From the NCBI GenBank assembly GCA_964016885.1, contig OZ024759.1, positions 33,728,001 through 33,792,000 on the forward strand: a stretch of DNA of 64,000 nt, in the 5' to 3' direction. The stretch is from Eledone cirrhosa. Lineage: Eukaryota. This document shows, one piece after another, positions 45,090-60,139 of this stretch. The translations under genes were made by a program, and so were the position numbers. The notes under the pieces were generated by a model that was given only the letters and a program-made list of their open reading frames with translations, was not told the DNA's origin and did no database searches. Each line of letters begins with the position of its first letter. Position 1 is the stretch's first letter.

Positions 45090-45172
45090 CACAAACCTGA
45101 TCCTATACATACATATATACGCGAGCACACAAGCTATTACATCCGTGCAAACGGAAACATCGAACATAATAC

Positions 45173-45209
45173 ATATATATGCAAGCAATAGTCCATGTAC
45201 CCATGTATA

Positions 45210-45243
<34 letters not shown>

Positions 45244-45280
45244 TATACATGGGTACATGGACTATTGCTTGCATATATAT
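45173..45280. repeat. 108-bp perfect palindrome centred on (AT)14
   Basis: gcaagcaatagtccatgtacccatgtatatgc / gcatatacatgggtacatggactattgcttgc. Confidence 0.95.
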
Positions 45281-45282
45281 AC

Positions 45283-45326
<44 letters not shown>

Positions 45327-45378
45327 GTGTGTATGTATATATATATATGTATATATATATATGCATATATATATATGT

Positions 45379-45533
<155 letters not shown>

Positions 45534-45610
45534 TAAAGCACTACACTAATATACATACACACAAAAACAGTCAAAGTACTACATGAGCACATGCAAAACA
45601 CAACCTACTG

Positions 45611-45763
<153 letters not shown>

Positions 45764-46898
45764 TATAAGGTAGAAAGAAATCACATATTAACTGTTTTGT
45801 ATTCTGTGTGTTTAACGGGTTTCGTTGTCTCAGAGTATACAGCCATAAGAATTCTGTCTCTAACAATTCCGATCAACTCACTAACAAACAGAATCGACCC
45901 TCCTACAAAACATGACCGAAACAACATGAAAACGCTAATATAAAACAATATAAAATAATATAAAATAACCAAGACAATAAGTACATCAACAAAAATAACA
46001 CAGCTAACCCTCCTAGATAACCGAAGAGATATCAGTTGAACGGAAGCAAAAAATATATATGTAGCTTCCCTATAAAAAAAATAAAGAACATTTCAAGATG
46101 GTGTCTTAAGTTTTGTAGCTATAATGTCTGCTATGATGAGATGGAATTTCCAAGAAGGTACAATTATTGTTACATATGTGGAGAAAATACCTGATTTATT
46201 CTTAACTTTAATAATAGCTTATGTGACATATCTATGTTGTTTAGGCTGTGGTATTTGTTGCTGGGTGGTGGCGATGGTTGTGTAAATGGTGGTGGCGGTG
46301 GCGACGATTATGGTAATGGTGGTGTTGGTTTACTTTGTGGTATTTGTTGCAGGGTGGTGGCGACGGTTTTGGAAATGGTGGTGGTGGTGGTGGTGGTGGT
46401 GGCGGTGGTTTAGGCTGTGGTGTTTAATGCTGGGTGGTGGCGACGGTTGTGGTGGTGGTTTAGGCTGTGGTATTTAATGTTGGGTGGTGGCGACGGTTGT
46501 TGTAATGGTGGTGGTCGTAGTTTAGGCTGTGGTGTTTAATGTTGGGTGGTGGTTCAGGATTTGGTAATGGCGGTAGTGGTTTAGAATGTGGTGTTAACGG
46601 TTGGGTGGTGGCGATGGTTGTGGAGGTGGAATGGATATGGAGATATTTGTGATTTTAGTGGAGGCGGCTGTATATATATGTATATATGTGCATGGGCGGT
46701 GGAACCCGGGGATAAAAGAGGCCGAGGCGCCCCTGATAATTATATTGTTCTACTTAAACTACCAGAACAGACATCTATTTGTAGATGGGCTACACTTTGT
46801 GTACATGTTATGTAGAGACCAGATTGGAGAAATAGATATAGAGAGGGGGAGAGTTGCTGGTAATTAATATATAGAGGGGGAATGGCAGAGAGTACCGT

Positions 46899-46942
<44 letters not shown>

Positions 46943-47022
46943 TATATTCATATCTCGAAAGTTGCGTTTCGCTCGCTTTGTTTTTGATCACAACCGAAAT
47001 TCCACCTCGCTGAAATTTTATA

Positions 47023-47093
<71 letters not shown>

Positions 47094-48039
47094 AAACATA
47101 TCGAATATGTTCAGAATGTTGTGTATCTCAATAAGCAAGCTCGATAAAATTTATCTAGAGCCATAATAACCAAAAAAGATACAAGTATATACATAGAGAG
47201 AGAAAGAGCCATAAACCGTATAAGAAACTATTTCTCTTATATAAAATATATACATACATCCCTTTCATTATTTGGTTATATAATATATATACATATATAT
47301 ACATAAATACACCTTATACACAAGTGTGTGTGTATGAATATATAAGGTATCGTTCCCGCTTAATGTAGGAACACGTAGTGCATGTATATCTATCATAAGT
47401 TTTTTTTTTCATTTATCAGATACGTATTTATCCGACGCATCATAAATATTAGAAGATTTTTAAACAGTAATAATCTAAATTTAAGTGTCAGTTCTACATA
47501 TATTCTGGCTACAGAAATAGCTAATATTAATAGTAAAAATATTTCAAACTCTTATCTACATCCAATTCCTCTCATTTCTGCAATTGTTTTATACTCTTAA
47601 ATTATCCATTAAACAATTTATGTCTTTCAAAATCGATAGTATATTGTGTGAAGTTATTTACAGCCAATAATTTAAGCTTTAAGGATTACATCAACGGTAA
47701 TGGTAAAGCACATTCTTCTATGTTTTACTCTCACACACACACACAGAAAAATGAGCAGTGTTTGAAATAATGGATTCCAAACTCATTCTTCTTTTCGCTT
47801 CACTTCCAGTATGAAATAATCACATTTTGTGTGACATCTCTACAACTTGTATATAAGTTACGAGCATTTTAAATGCTGTACTCTTTCCGCTGACGAGCAC
47901 TATTAATGTGACAAACAGAGCATTATGTCCCACCACACACACATACGCTAAAAAACGGTCACTCACACAGACATATATATATATGTATACATATATATGG
48001 TGATATATGTGTGTATATATGTGTGTACGTATATGTGTA

Positions 48040-48138
<99 letters not shown>

Positions 48139-48391
48139 GTATGTATATGTGTATCTATATATACACATATACATATATATATATATATATATGGACAACA
48201 CTTTTACACAGGATTAGCAGTTCTTCATTTACTACAATCTAGAAGGAAGATTTTCCTGGTGATTTTCAAGCGAATGAAACAAGAATAATCCTAAAGAATT
48301 GTCACCTTTACATGGAATAAGGAATAATGTATGTACCATCTCTATTTTAATGTATTGAGTACATTGTTAACCGTCGTTACGCCCATTTACC

Positions 48392-48488
48392 TTCTGATTT
48401 CAAATCCCGCCGAGGTTAGCTTTGTCTTTCATCGTTACGTGATCGATGAAATAAAGTACCAGTAACGCACTAGGGTAATTGCTGGCCT
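48392..48488 (+). mobile_element. Deu/Nin-domain SINE fragment
   Basis: tcaaatcccgccgaggttagctttgtctttcatc...aagtaccagt. Confidence 0.8.
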
Positions 48489-49806
48489 GTGATTTGAACT
48501 CCGATAGTAAACAGCCATAACGAAAAATATTAAAATAAGACTAACAACAAAGAAAAGAACATATTCACCTACCCTATTTCAATATACTATACACAACAAT
48601 ATATATTTTATATTAGAGCCTTTGTTAAGTTATGATCCAAAAGAAGAGTCAATGAGGTAGATACAGAATTACCCGGTGAAGAACTCCGGCAGTTATTGTT
48701 GGATCGTGTGAGATGGAAAAGTTTTATCATTTTACTGCAAATGAGCGGATAAATTTAGTAGCAGTGTTATTAGTAGTAGTGGTGGTAGTAGTAGTAGTAG
48801 TAGTAGTGGAGGTGGTGGTGGTAGTAGTAGTAGTACCAACCTTCCCTCATAATATACACAACAGCAACAAAAGAGGTAAACAATAAACACAACCACTCGG
48901 ACCACTGTTGGCCCGAATGTTTACAAAATGATAGAAGGATGCAGAAACCACTGCGATCCCATCAAAGCTGACGAAACCATGAAAAAAAAACCAACATAGG
49001 AAACGACAGTTATATTCCACATCCACACACACTCACACACATACGTGAACGTGTATACACACACATATATCAAGATGTATACACACATACGGTAGCAGGA
49101 ACACACACACACGCATACATCAATACCTACATACATGCATACGTCAACTCATACACACACACACATACATCAATGCGTACACACTCATACATCAATACGT
49201 GCACACACAAATGAAACTTTTTTCAAATCTACCAGAAAATTCGCCAACATAACTACACATACGCAGACAAACATTAAACGAAAAAAAGACATAAATAAGA
49301 ATAAGGAGAGAAAAAAACCCAACAAAAACAAAATCACGAAATAAATATATAAAAAGTGAGAATAAAAGAAAATGAAAACAATCATCAACAAAAACACACC
49401 CAAAAACTATACAAAAACAGCATCAACAACAACAAACCTATACACATCAGCCAGTTTAGTCCCCCTCATACAGAGACGTATATAAAACAAACACACGTCA
49501 AATCTGATGATACACAGTGAGAGAAAAAAAAACAAACTCTATAATGAAAGTTTGCTCTGGTAAGCAAAGCTGTGTGTTAGTCCGTTCCGCTATTTGCTTC
49601 GACAAATATTAATTCATCATCGCATTATTATTGTGAGAGGGGAAATCCATAGGGTTTAGAACAGAGCAACAGTAGAACCTTGATTTCTAGGAAACTTATT
49701 TTGAACTGACGAGAGAGAGGGAGAGAGAGTGATAGATAGATAATGTGTGTATTTGTATATATATATATATACAAATTTATATATATATATATATATAATA
49801 TATATT

Positions 49807-49841
<35 letters not shown>

Positions 49842-49862
49842 CAATTTATATATATATATATT

Positions 49863-49895
<33 letters not shown>

Positions 49896-50091
49896 GCAAA
49901 ATATATGTCTATGTACACCTATACGTAAAAAAATACAAACATATATATGATAAATAAATCTCTCTCTCTATCTCTAAATATATATATATATATATATATT
50001 TATTAAAATAACAGATTAAAGTTTAAGCAAAGAATCGCTGCTTTCACCCTTCGAGTCCTCTTTGGATTTTAGTCTTCAAATTTATTATTAT

Positions 50092-50122
<31 letters not shown>

Positions 50123-50126
<4 letters not shown>

Positions 50127-50307
50127 AACGAGTAGGACCCCGACGGCTAATTCTGGACTAACTTTTAGTCCAGACAGAATTAGCCGTTGAAACGGCTTGA
50201 GCTCAGCCGTCGGGGTCCTACTCGTTCCTATTACCCACTGTACTACCCTAAGTATTTAGTAATTTGGTGTGTTATGGTCCATCTGGTTCCTTACCACATT
50301 TCCTTCG

Positions 50308-50309
<2 letters not shown>
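50123..50309 (+). mobile_element. fold-back element with 26-bp perfect arms, internal hairpin and 3' tail between (TA)n tracts
   Basis: Arms 50123-50148 and 50205-50230; GAAA-cggcttgagc-TC; related fragments at ~2230-2285 (-) and 63455-63507 (-). Confidence 0.7.
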
Positions 50310-50339
<30 letters not shown>

Positions 50340-50434
50340 CTACAAATTATGATTAGTTTTGTGGGTTTCACATTTTTTCAGATTGTTATCCCTCACTCAC
50401 ACAGTCTGTCTGTCTGTCTCTCTGTCTGTCCCAC

Positions 50435-50503
<69 letters not shown>

Positions 50504-50661
50504 CTCTCTCTCTCTCTCCCTATCCCACTCTCTCTCTGTCTCTCTCTCTCTCTTTCTATCTACCTCTCCATCTGTCGTGAGAGATTCATACGTATGCCCA
50601 CATGAGTGTGTTCTGTTATTAATTCTGGCAATATTACGCAAATATGACCCTCCCCAAATAT

Positions 50662-50700
<39 letters not shown>

Positions 50701-50742
50701 TATAAACATGCATATACATATTCAAATATACATAGATACATA

Positions 50743-50802
<60 letters not shown>

Positions 50803-51403
50803 CGTGTGTGTGTGTATACATGATTACCTTAAAAAATATTCATCACTCTCCTCTGTTAAAGAGCAACTTCTCAATACATAATATATTGGTTACGAGGTAG
50901 GTGTTAGTCTGATATTAATGTCATCAGAGTAACTTGTAGTTATGAAGTTATGGTTATATGTAAAATATATTTCATAATGACTGTGACGGTGGACAAGACT
51001 ATTTTTACACCGTCACCGTCACCGTCACCTATAACGCCACCATCTCCGCCAAGACTACTACTACGCATGGTCACTAATTTAGGCTGAAGGCCAACATTTT
51101 TTTCTAAAGGTGAAAGTCGATTAAATCTACATCTTTACTTTCGTACATCGCGACTATGAAATTCCCTGGCCATTACAATTTGCAGAATTTCAGAAGCAAC
51201 ATAGATTCTCATCATCACACTACTTTAATTTTGTTCTGACTGTCTTGCCATTTATAAAGATTGAGTTGGTAGAATGTAAGGTAAAGAGACGTTTCCAGGA
51301 CGCCAAGCGAAGATATCGAACCCAGAGAGCCCGCTGAGGTACGAGGCGAACATCTTAACTCCTCAGGAATACATGTATTCTATAAATGCAAATATACATG
51401 CGT

Positions 51404-51471
<68 letters not shown>

Positions 51472-51504
51472 ATATATATGTGTATGTATATATATATATA
51501 TGTG

Positions 51505-51549
<45 letters not shown>

Positions 51550-51663
51550 ATATATATGTGTATGTATATATATATATATGTGTATGTATATATATATATA
51601 TATATATGAGTAAGTATGTTTTGAAACAGTGAGCAGGTTTGAAATTAGAAAGAAGTATACCTT

Positions 51664-51838
51664 TCACTGTATTTTTGACTAAACAAATTTTACCCTAATA
51701 ATGGAGTTTAGAACCCTCAGATAAAGGGAAAAAGAGGAGTATTGGCGTACATGTAGATCAATGCTCATCTTTTTCCATTTATCTGAGGGTTCTAAACTCC
51801 ATTATCAGGGTAAATTTTATTTAGTCAAAAACACGGTG

Positions 51839-51839
<1 letters not shown>
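51664..51839. repeat. long imperfect inverted repeat (~80-bp arms) next to (TA)n
   Basis: taatggagtttagaaccctcagataaa / tttatctgagggttctaaactccatta. Confidence 0.9.
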
Positions 51840-51900
<61 letters not shown>

Positions 51901-51947
51901 AATACACGCATATATATGCATTTATGTATGTATATGTATATATACAT

Positions 51948-52020
<73 letters not shown>

Positions 52021-52222
52021 TGTATATATATACACACACACACATATATATACATATATATATATATACACTCTCAAACAAACGGAGTTGTATACGTATG
52101 TGTATGTGTCGCTGTGTATATACATACGTAAATAAGTAGATGCATACATAAAATGATAGTATATGCAGTGTAGAATGCAAAAGATGACATTAAAGCGAAA
52201 TGGAAATTATAAAATATACATT

Positions 52223-52302
<80 letters not shown>

Positions 52303-52540
52303 ATGTATATAACGCTATGTTGACATTACATTCAGATGAAGAAGTGCTAGGTACACCGCTGGGAATTGAACCACAAATCAGGGTTGTTTTACTTTTCCTT
52401 TGAATTACATTTATGTTTATGCTATAGGTTAAAGCAGCACAGTATATATTGAGTTGTACATGATTTATGTCTATACAGGTTTATTTATATCTATTTTATA
52501 TGTGTATATGTAAATGTATATACATATACGTATATATAGG

Positions 52541-52642
<102 letters not shown>

Positions 52643-52644
52643 TA

Positions 52645-52714
<70 letters not shown>

Positions 52715-53048
52715 TATATATATAAATATACATATATATGTACATATATTTATATATATATATATATAAATATATATATAAATATACATATATATGTACA
52801 TATATTTATATATATATATATATATATACATATATATGTACATTTATATATATATATAATGTATGTATATAATAAAAATAAACGCCCAGTCTGAGAGGGC
52901 GTTCATGTAGAAAAGCATTATTTCAAAGTCAATATCACACAACATTTTGTTTTATTATTTCAAAGAAAATTGCATTTAAACATAAACATAAATATCTCTC
53001 TATCACTCGTATTTCTCTCTGTCTTCCTCACCTCAGGCTCTGTACAGA

Positions 53049-53091
<43 letters not shown>

Positions 53092-53098
53092 TATACAA

Positions 53099-53177
<79 letters not shown>

Positions 53178-53468
53178 TATATGTATATATGTGTATATAT
53201 ATATATATACGTATGTATATATATATATATACATATATACATTGTGTGGTGCCGCTATGTGTTTTGTGTGTTGATGTGTATGTGCGACTTTCAAAGCATA
53301 TATGTATGGGCATATGTACATATATTGTTCTGTGATGCTGTGTGTTATCTATACAACATGCCTATAGTCGGACTTCTAATTCAAAGGCGTATCATACCAT
53401 GAAGCAATCTCTGTCTTTCAGCCCCTCTGTTTATATCTATATCCTTTTGTTATTATTTTCCCTAAAAT

Positions 53469-53646
53469 GGCGGTGGATTGGCAGTATCGGTAGAGGGTTG
53501 GACGCCAATATTTGACGCATGGTGTTACGGCCCTTTCCATTCTGAGTTCAAATGCCGTCAAGGTTGACTTTACCTTTTATCCTTACAGGGTCAATAAAAT
53601 AAAGTACCAGTAATGCTGGCCCTGCGCCAAAAGTATAAACAATTAT
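53469..53646 (+). mobile_element. Deu/Nin-domain tRNA SINE
   Basis: Full head and core domain. Confidence 0.85.
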
Positions 53647-54058
53647 TTTCACTAAAAAAAGGGGGAATTATTTGTTACTGAATAATATAGTGAAATGGGT
53701 GTTAAGGCTTATAATATTGAGGAGATCCTGGAGGTTTTTGTGTTTAATTTGTTAGGATTTTCCCTCCATAAAATAGCAATCATTGAGGTATATTTTTGCT
53801 GTCCTGTTTACTGTACCGACGACGGATGGACATTGGTTTCTTTAGATGTTTTGCCTCATTCTACCAATGCAGCTCTTCAAGACCGGATCATGTTCCCATC
53901 AACAAGGAATACAACACTATTCTCAGCTCCTGGTACATTTAATTCACAGTGAAATTAAAGTAGCGGCTCTTCACTCAGGATGTGTCGTTGCCATTAAAGA
54001 CAGAACAGGATTCAACCAACTGTGTCTCTTGCTTTAGAAAGACCATAGTCTTCAAAGA

Positions 54059-54389
54059 TCAGCACATAGAAGATATGAGGTATCTAGCACAGCACATAGA
54101 AGATATGAGGTATCTAGCACAGCACATAGAAGATATGAGGTATCTAGCACAGCACATAGAAGATATGAGGTATCTAGCACAACACATAGAAGATATGAGG
54201 TATCTAGCACAGCACATAGAAGATATGAGGTATCTAGCACAGCACATAGAATATATGAGGTATCTAGCACAGCACATAGAATATATGAGGTATCTAGCAC
54301 AGCACATAGAATATATGAGGTATCTAGCACAACACATAGAAGATATGAGGTATCTAGCACAACACATAGAAGATATGAGGTATCTAGCA
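54059..54389. repeat. 30-bp minisatellite, 11 copies
   Basis: agcacatagaagatatgaggtatctagcac. Confidence 0.97.
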
Positions 54390-54482
54390 ACTTGTGCAAA
54401 ATATATCCCACGCTAGTACACATGCAATTTTCTGAGAGCCAAACCGTTTGGTATAGACATTACATATATATATATATATATA

Positions 54483-54680
54483 CGTAGGTCCCGGGTTGAG
54501 TCGGGGATAACCACAGTAAGTAAGGTACTCAATACATGGCAGAGTAATTTTTTGTTTATGTTATAGAAGGAGCTTCTACATGACTAGTACTGTTTCATTC
54601 AGATGAAATCTTCATGTGCTTCCTGAAGATTTCATCTGAATGAAACAGTACTAGTCCTGTAGAAGCTCCTTCTATAAAAT

Positions 54681-54683
<3 letters not shown>
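54483..54683. mobile_element. fold-back element with ~60-bp arms, hammerhead core and tail between (TA)n tracts
   Basis: Arms 54555-54614 and 54624-54683; CTGAAGA(54623-29)-tttc/atct/gaat-GAAAC-AGTACTA-GTC. Confidence 0.7.
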
Positions 54684-54764
<81 letters not shown>

Positions 54765-55082
54765 TATGAAGACAGTAAATATTATATGGACAGGCGATAT
54801 TGCTGCTTAAGTACAGAATTTCTATTATTAAACTTAGTTTTCCGTTACCAGGAAAACTAAGGTATAAAACTTAAATGAATTTTATAATCTAATGTCTCTC
54901 TCTCCCTCTCTCTCTCCCTCTCTCTCTCATGTATATATGTACATATATTTATACTTCTATAACTCTATTCACACACACACATTTATATTTATATATATAT
55001 ATATATTTTTTTTTTACGCTATAGTCACTTATATGTTATGGAATACTGTTAGCTGCTCGCTACAACAATTTCTATACTTTTC

Positions 55083-55204
<122 letters not shown>

Positions 55205-55619
55205 TTACATATATATATATGCATACGTAATCATTCGTACATGCATATATATTCACAAATATGTCTGTAATGATACTGTTATGGGAAATCACTTGACAGT
55301 GGGTTTTGGATCAGTTTCCAGCGTGAGAATATTTCGTGAAATCATGCATTGAACATTCACCATGAATTTAAATTTCAATTACGTCATATTCATTGAACCA
55401 TTTTGGAATTATCGCTGCTATTGCTTTCACATGTCAGCTTTCCGTGAGACCAAAAGGATTGCTTTTATCAGAAGTATTAAACTCAGCTTGGCAAATACTA
55501 TAGATGTTCGGTTCTATGAAGACCCACCTGCGACCCTAATCCGTAGCATTTGCTGCTAGTTTCGTTTATCTTATACTCAGATGTGCTTAAGCATTGCGTG
55601 TAAGGTATGCTAGATCGAT

Positions 55620-55865
55620 CTTGTCGTATGACGTAGACTCAATAGTTAGAGAGGAGGGACGAGACTGGTGTACAAGACCAAGTTGTCATTTGTACTTTAT
55701 GGGTTTCCTCCAGACCACCTTGAACACTTTGGATGGGACAATCACGAATAACATGCACTACTATCTGTTGAAGGACCCTATTGTCACATGCTGGGCTACT
55801 TCCATTTTCCATCGATGGAGATGAACGGCTGTCCTGGCATCTGCTGTGCGAATCTCATTAAAGGA
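55620..55865 (-). mobile_element. degraded LINE 3' end (I-group, Ingi/Vingi-like)
   Basis: With one frameshift it reads NEIRTADARTAVHLHRWKM/SSPACDNRVLQQIVVHVIRDCPIQSVQGGLEETHKV, a decayed CCHC knuckle followed by GGL..LH. Confidence 0.6.
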
Positions 55866-56950
55866 TAACATATTATGTTGGAAAGAAACAGTTCGAAATC
55901 ACGTTGGAAAATCTATATAAACAATTAAAAACACTGAATCTCTCTGAAGGTTATGTTAATAGTACACTTACCTATGGAATATTGAATTGCGTGCATGTTT
56001 ATTTAGACTAAGGTGGGTTTTTGTTGATGGAACAGAATGGAAATATAATCGGCGAATGTCTCCAGCGATGGAGATTTATCCATTTAAATTTAAACACGAG
56101 AGGTTTTTTAATGAATAATTTTGGCGCACGTGACTGGGTTTTTAAACGGAAATTATCGATTTTACTGAGTCAGGAATCAAAATTCGGAACAATTCACTTT
56201 ATGACTCACAATATAAGGTAGGTTATGCCGATGATATCACGAGACAGCTTTCCAGATATGATAATGAAATTAATAAAACATGAGATAGAGGCATGTTACA
56301 TTTATATATACCAATGTATGTACATGTGTAAATATATACAGAGTGTTCCAAAAAATATATACATACATTAACAGCATTCTAATAAGTATTGCCTGTACAG
56401 TTAATCAAAGTGTCCATACTTCTTTCGGACGCCCAATAGTTATATATATATATATATTTCCTCTTTTTTTTCAGAAGATCACGTTCAGGGTGAAAACACA
56501 AATTCTTTACCTAAAATTTAGTCTTTTCTTATTTATATATATATAACCATAGAATGTAGGTGTATATATGTCTTTGTCTGTATGTATGTGCGATGGCAGA
56601 CGAGCTTCAATTGCGCAACGCCACATCCGAAAATCCGAATGACATGATAAAAATATTTTCGATAATTCAAATAGTAGATTCTTGATAATTTGAGTAAATC
56701 AGGCTATTATTACTAGCAATTCTATGCTACACACTCTAGAGTTTTCCTTCAGTGACATGTCAGTTTGATTTTTCTTCACGTCCTATCATAACGTTGAGGA
56801 ATTCTTAATAGACATCTAACTTACTGAGGAATGTTCGCTTGAATATCACTCTCTATCTGAAGTAAGGTTGTTGCTATAGTTACTTATGCAACTCTATGAA
56901 TTATTGAACTGCCCTCGTTACCATATGTTATATGCCACCTTAAACACAAT

Positions 56951-56989
<39 letters not shown>

Positions 56990-56992
<3 letters not shown>

Positions 56993-57530
56993 ATCTACCT
57001 GATAGCCTACTTTATAGAAAACTGCTCAAACGTATGTATAATCAATGGGATATATATCCCAGTGTATACACAACTGCACAAATGTATATATATATATAAT
57101 CAACCTGATAGCCTAGTTTATACGAAATTGCTCAAATGTATGTATGTATATATATATAGTTAATATGATAGCTTAATGTATACACTATGGCTAAAATGTA
57201 TGTATAATCAATGTGATATATATACCACATTATACATAATTGATAAAATATATGTTTAATCAATGTGGTATATATCTCACTTTATACACAATTGTTCAAA
57301 TGTATGTATAATCAAGTTGATAGCCTCGTGTATACAATGTTGCACAAATGTATATTTATTCACGTGTTAGCCTAGTCTATACACAATTACTTAAATATAT
57401 GAATAATCGACATGATAGGCACGTGTATATACTGTTGCTAAGATATACGTGCAATGAACGGGATAGCCTAGTTTATACACAGTTGCTAAAACGTATGTAT
57501 AATTAGATTTATACACAGTTAACAGTTTAT
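56990..57530. repeat. old, degenerate ~50-bp tandem repeat
   Basis: Recurrent aatcaa..tgatagcctagtttatacaca.ttgct.aaatgtatgtat. Confidence 0.75.
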
Positions 57531-57662
57531 ACATGACAAAGAACGTTGTCTGGTTCTGAGAGAAATTATACACACGAATACAAACACATCCTCAATGACG
57601 AAAACACACATATATACATACATATAACATATACAGACATATAAAAAGACACACACAAACAA

Positions 57663-57700
<38 letters not shown>

Positions 57701-57839
57701 GTATAGTATATATGAGCAATTTCTTCTATTTTGCATGTCATGGGGTAGGGGGGTTGAATTATATCTACATAAAATTCGTTATATTTGCATTAGAGTCTTT
57801 CTGCGATAATTAAATTTTATCTAGCTCTAACTTCTAAAA

Positions 57840-57926
<87 letters not shown>

Positions 57927-58080
57927 TTCATATGTAAACATATAAATATATTTATACAGACACACACATACACCCACACACATATATATGTATGTTACAT
58001 ACACACACTCATATATATATGCATAATCATATGTAAACATATATATAAATATATTTATATATATATATACACACATACAA

Positions 58081-58113
<33 letters not shown>

Positions 58114-58559
58114 CAGTACATATATATATATATACACACTAATGATGTTAAATTATATTTTCGTTACTAATTCCATCGATTCGCCTTCCACATTCTCTCT
58201 CTATTTTAACATTTCAGTTTTAACTTAAAACTCTGATGCTTGTTACTTTTATTTTCGTTTCGTAATTTTTTATTAATTCTCCGTTCCTGTTTTTATATGC
58301 TCAATATTTTCTTATCTTGCCAAAATTCTAGAATTTCTATATATTTTTCTAAAGAAAGACGTGTTCTGCGAGAATGGTAAACTTACCTGCAAAAGCTGTT
58401 GATTCCCGTCATTTTTTATTTATTCATTTTATAGATTATTTATTTATTTGTTAATTATGGGACGGATCTCCGTCCGTAGCAACGATGAAATTTGCTTGTA
58501 TTTTAAAACGCAGTTTCCAGGAAAACTGGCCCTTTGTATTTACATGAGGCACCAGTAAC

Positions 58560-58650
58560 TCTCTCAGTTCAAATCCTGTTGAGGTCAACTTTGACTTGCA
58601 TCCTTTCCAGGTTAATAAAAAAAGTACCAGTCTAGTACTAGGGTCGATTC
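58560..58650 (+). mobile_element. Deu/Nin-domain SINE fragment
   Basis: gttcaaatcctgttgaggtcaactttgacttgcatcctttcc...aagtaccagt. Confidence 0.75.
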
Positions 58651-58886
58651 TTCGTGTCTATTTCTTTCTCATCTCCTCTCTCTCACTCTCTATCCTTCCC
58701 TGGAAGAAGTCTACTGTAGTCAGATCCGGAAAGGGTTAGGCTCCATCAGGTTTAAAATACCTAAGAAACACCGTATGTCAATACGGTACTCCAACGACTC
58801 TATTAGGATTTATGGTACCGTACCATACCATGCTATATCATACCAGTAACCTTGTTTTGACAGCTCAGTGAACTGGTCCCTAGGAA

Positions 58887-59008
58887 ATAATTGTTTCTAC
58901 TGCTGGTACAAGGCCAGCAATTTTTTCCCAGTGTATTACTGGTACTTTATTTTATCGAACCCATAAGGGTGAAAGGCAAAGTTAACCTCGGCAGGATTTG
59001 AACTCAGA
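58887..59008 (-). mobile_element. Deu/Nin-domain SINE, 5'-truncated
   Basis: ctggtactttattttatcga...gaaaggcaaagttaacctcggcaggatttgaactcaga. Confidence 0.85.
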
Positions 59009-60139
59009 CCACATAGATACACCAGGTATAAAAATACACCAATTACAACCATTAACATGGCCCTCACCAATGCAAAGACCCTTACACAAGCCACATCCCC
59101 CATACATAAGCTTTTACCACAATTATACCGACATCGCATCCTCCATATGAACCAACATGTAAACCACTAACCCTCCGATAATTAAACAACCAAAACCATT
59201 AACAGATTCCTCAACAATACATAAATCCTTACCTGGGCCCCATCCCCGATGTATAAGCTGCTAGCGCACCTGTAGTTACACCAAAACCCTCTGACCCCCC
59301 CCCCCCCCCCACACACACACACACAAACCAACCTTTAAACCGTTACCTACATATACACGAAACGCATCCATTAACAAGGCATTCACCAAATCATGAAACC
59401 TTAACGTGTTTAAACCTACACCCCACCCATATACAATAACCTATAACTACACCGAAACCACCCCCCTTTTGACAAACACCGCCTCCCTGCTCCTTTATTC
59501 AAATTATCCTTTAAATTACTTTCTTTAGAGCGGCTATTTTCCTATAACGTCGAAGAATTGAGATAATAAAAACAGATACACATATATACCCACAGATTCA
59601 CACACACAACTCTGAAACAAACACACACACTCGCAAGTACACACACACCACCCTTATATTATATTCTCTCCTTATGCTCGGTCCACCACCATCACCACCT
59701 CACACACATGTTTAACACCGACTCACCATCTATGTTCAGCAGGCATTACGCTATTTAAATCTTCTTAAACTTCTTCAGTAGACTCACCGCCACCACAACC
59801 ACCACCCCAAATAAACGCCGCCGTCACCACCTCCACCGCTGCAAAACAACTACACCACACCATTACAAACAACCACTATCACCAACACCACTATCAAATA
59901 CCAGCAAACACCTCCACCACTAGCAACACCACCACTCCACCAAACACAATCACCACTACCAACACCACCACTCCACCAAATACATTCACCACTACCCCCA
60001 CCCCCATCCCCACCCCACCAAACACTATCACCACTATCAACCAAACATCACCGCCCATAACGCCACCAACACCATCACCAAATACCACCACCACGACCCA
60101 CACCCACAACCACCATTACCACCAACACCACCTACAGTA

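Noticed and set aside
48890-48990. Candidate minus-strand exon after a polypyrimidine tract
   Set aside because: No convincing donor site and no recognisable peptide.
53690-54055. Possible decayed TE coding sequence on the minus strand (QETQL resembling an APE motif, or a Gypsy-like DPVL motif)
   Set aside because: Multiple stops and two conflicting interpretations; needs tBLASTx or an HMM search.
53982-54423. Repeat-protein ORFs or CRISPR-like array
   Set aside because: Head-to-tail 30-bp units with no unique spacers and no cas genes, in a eukaryotic context.
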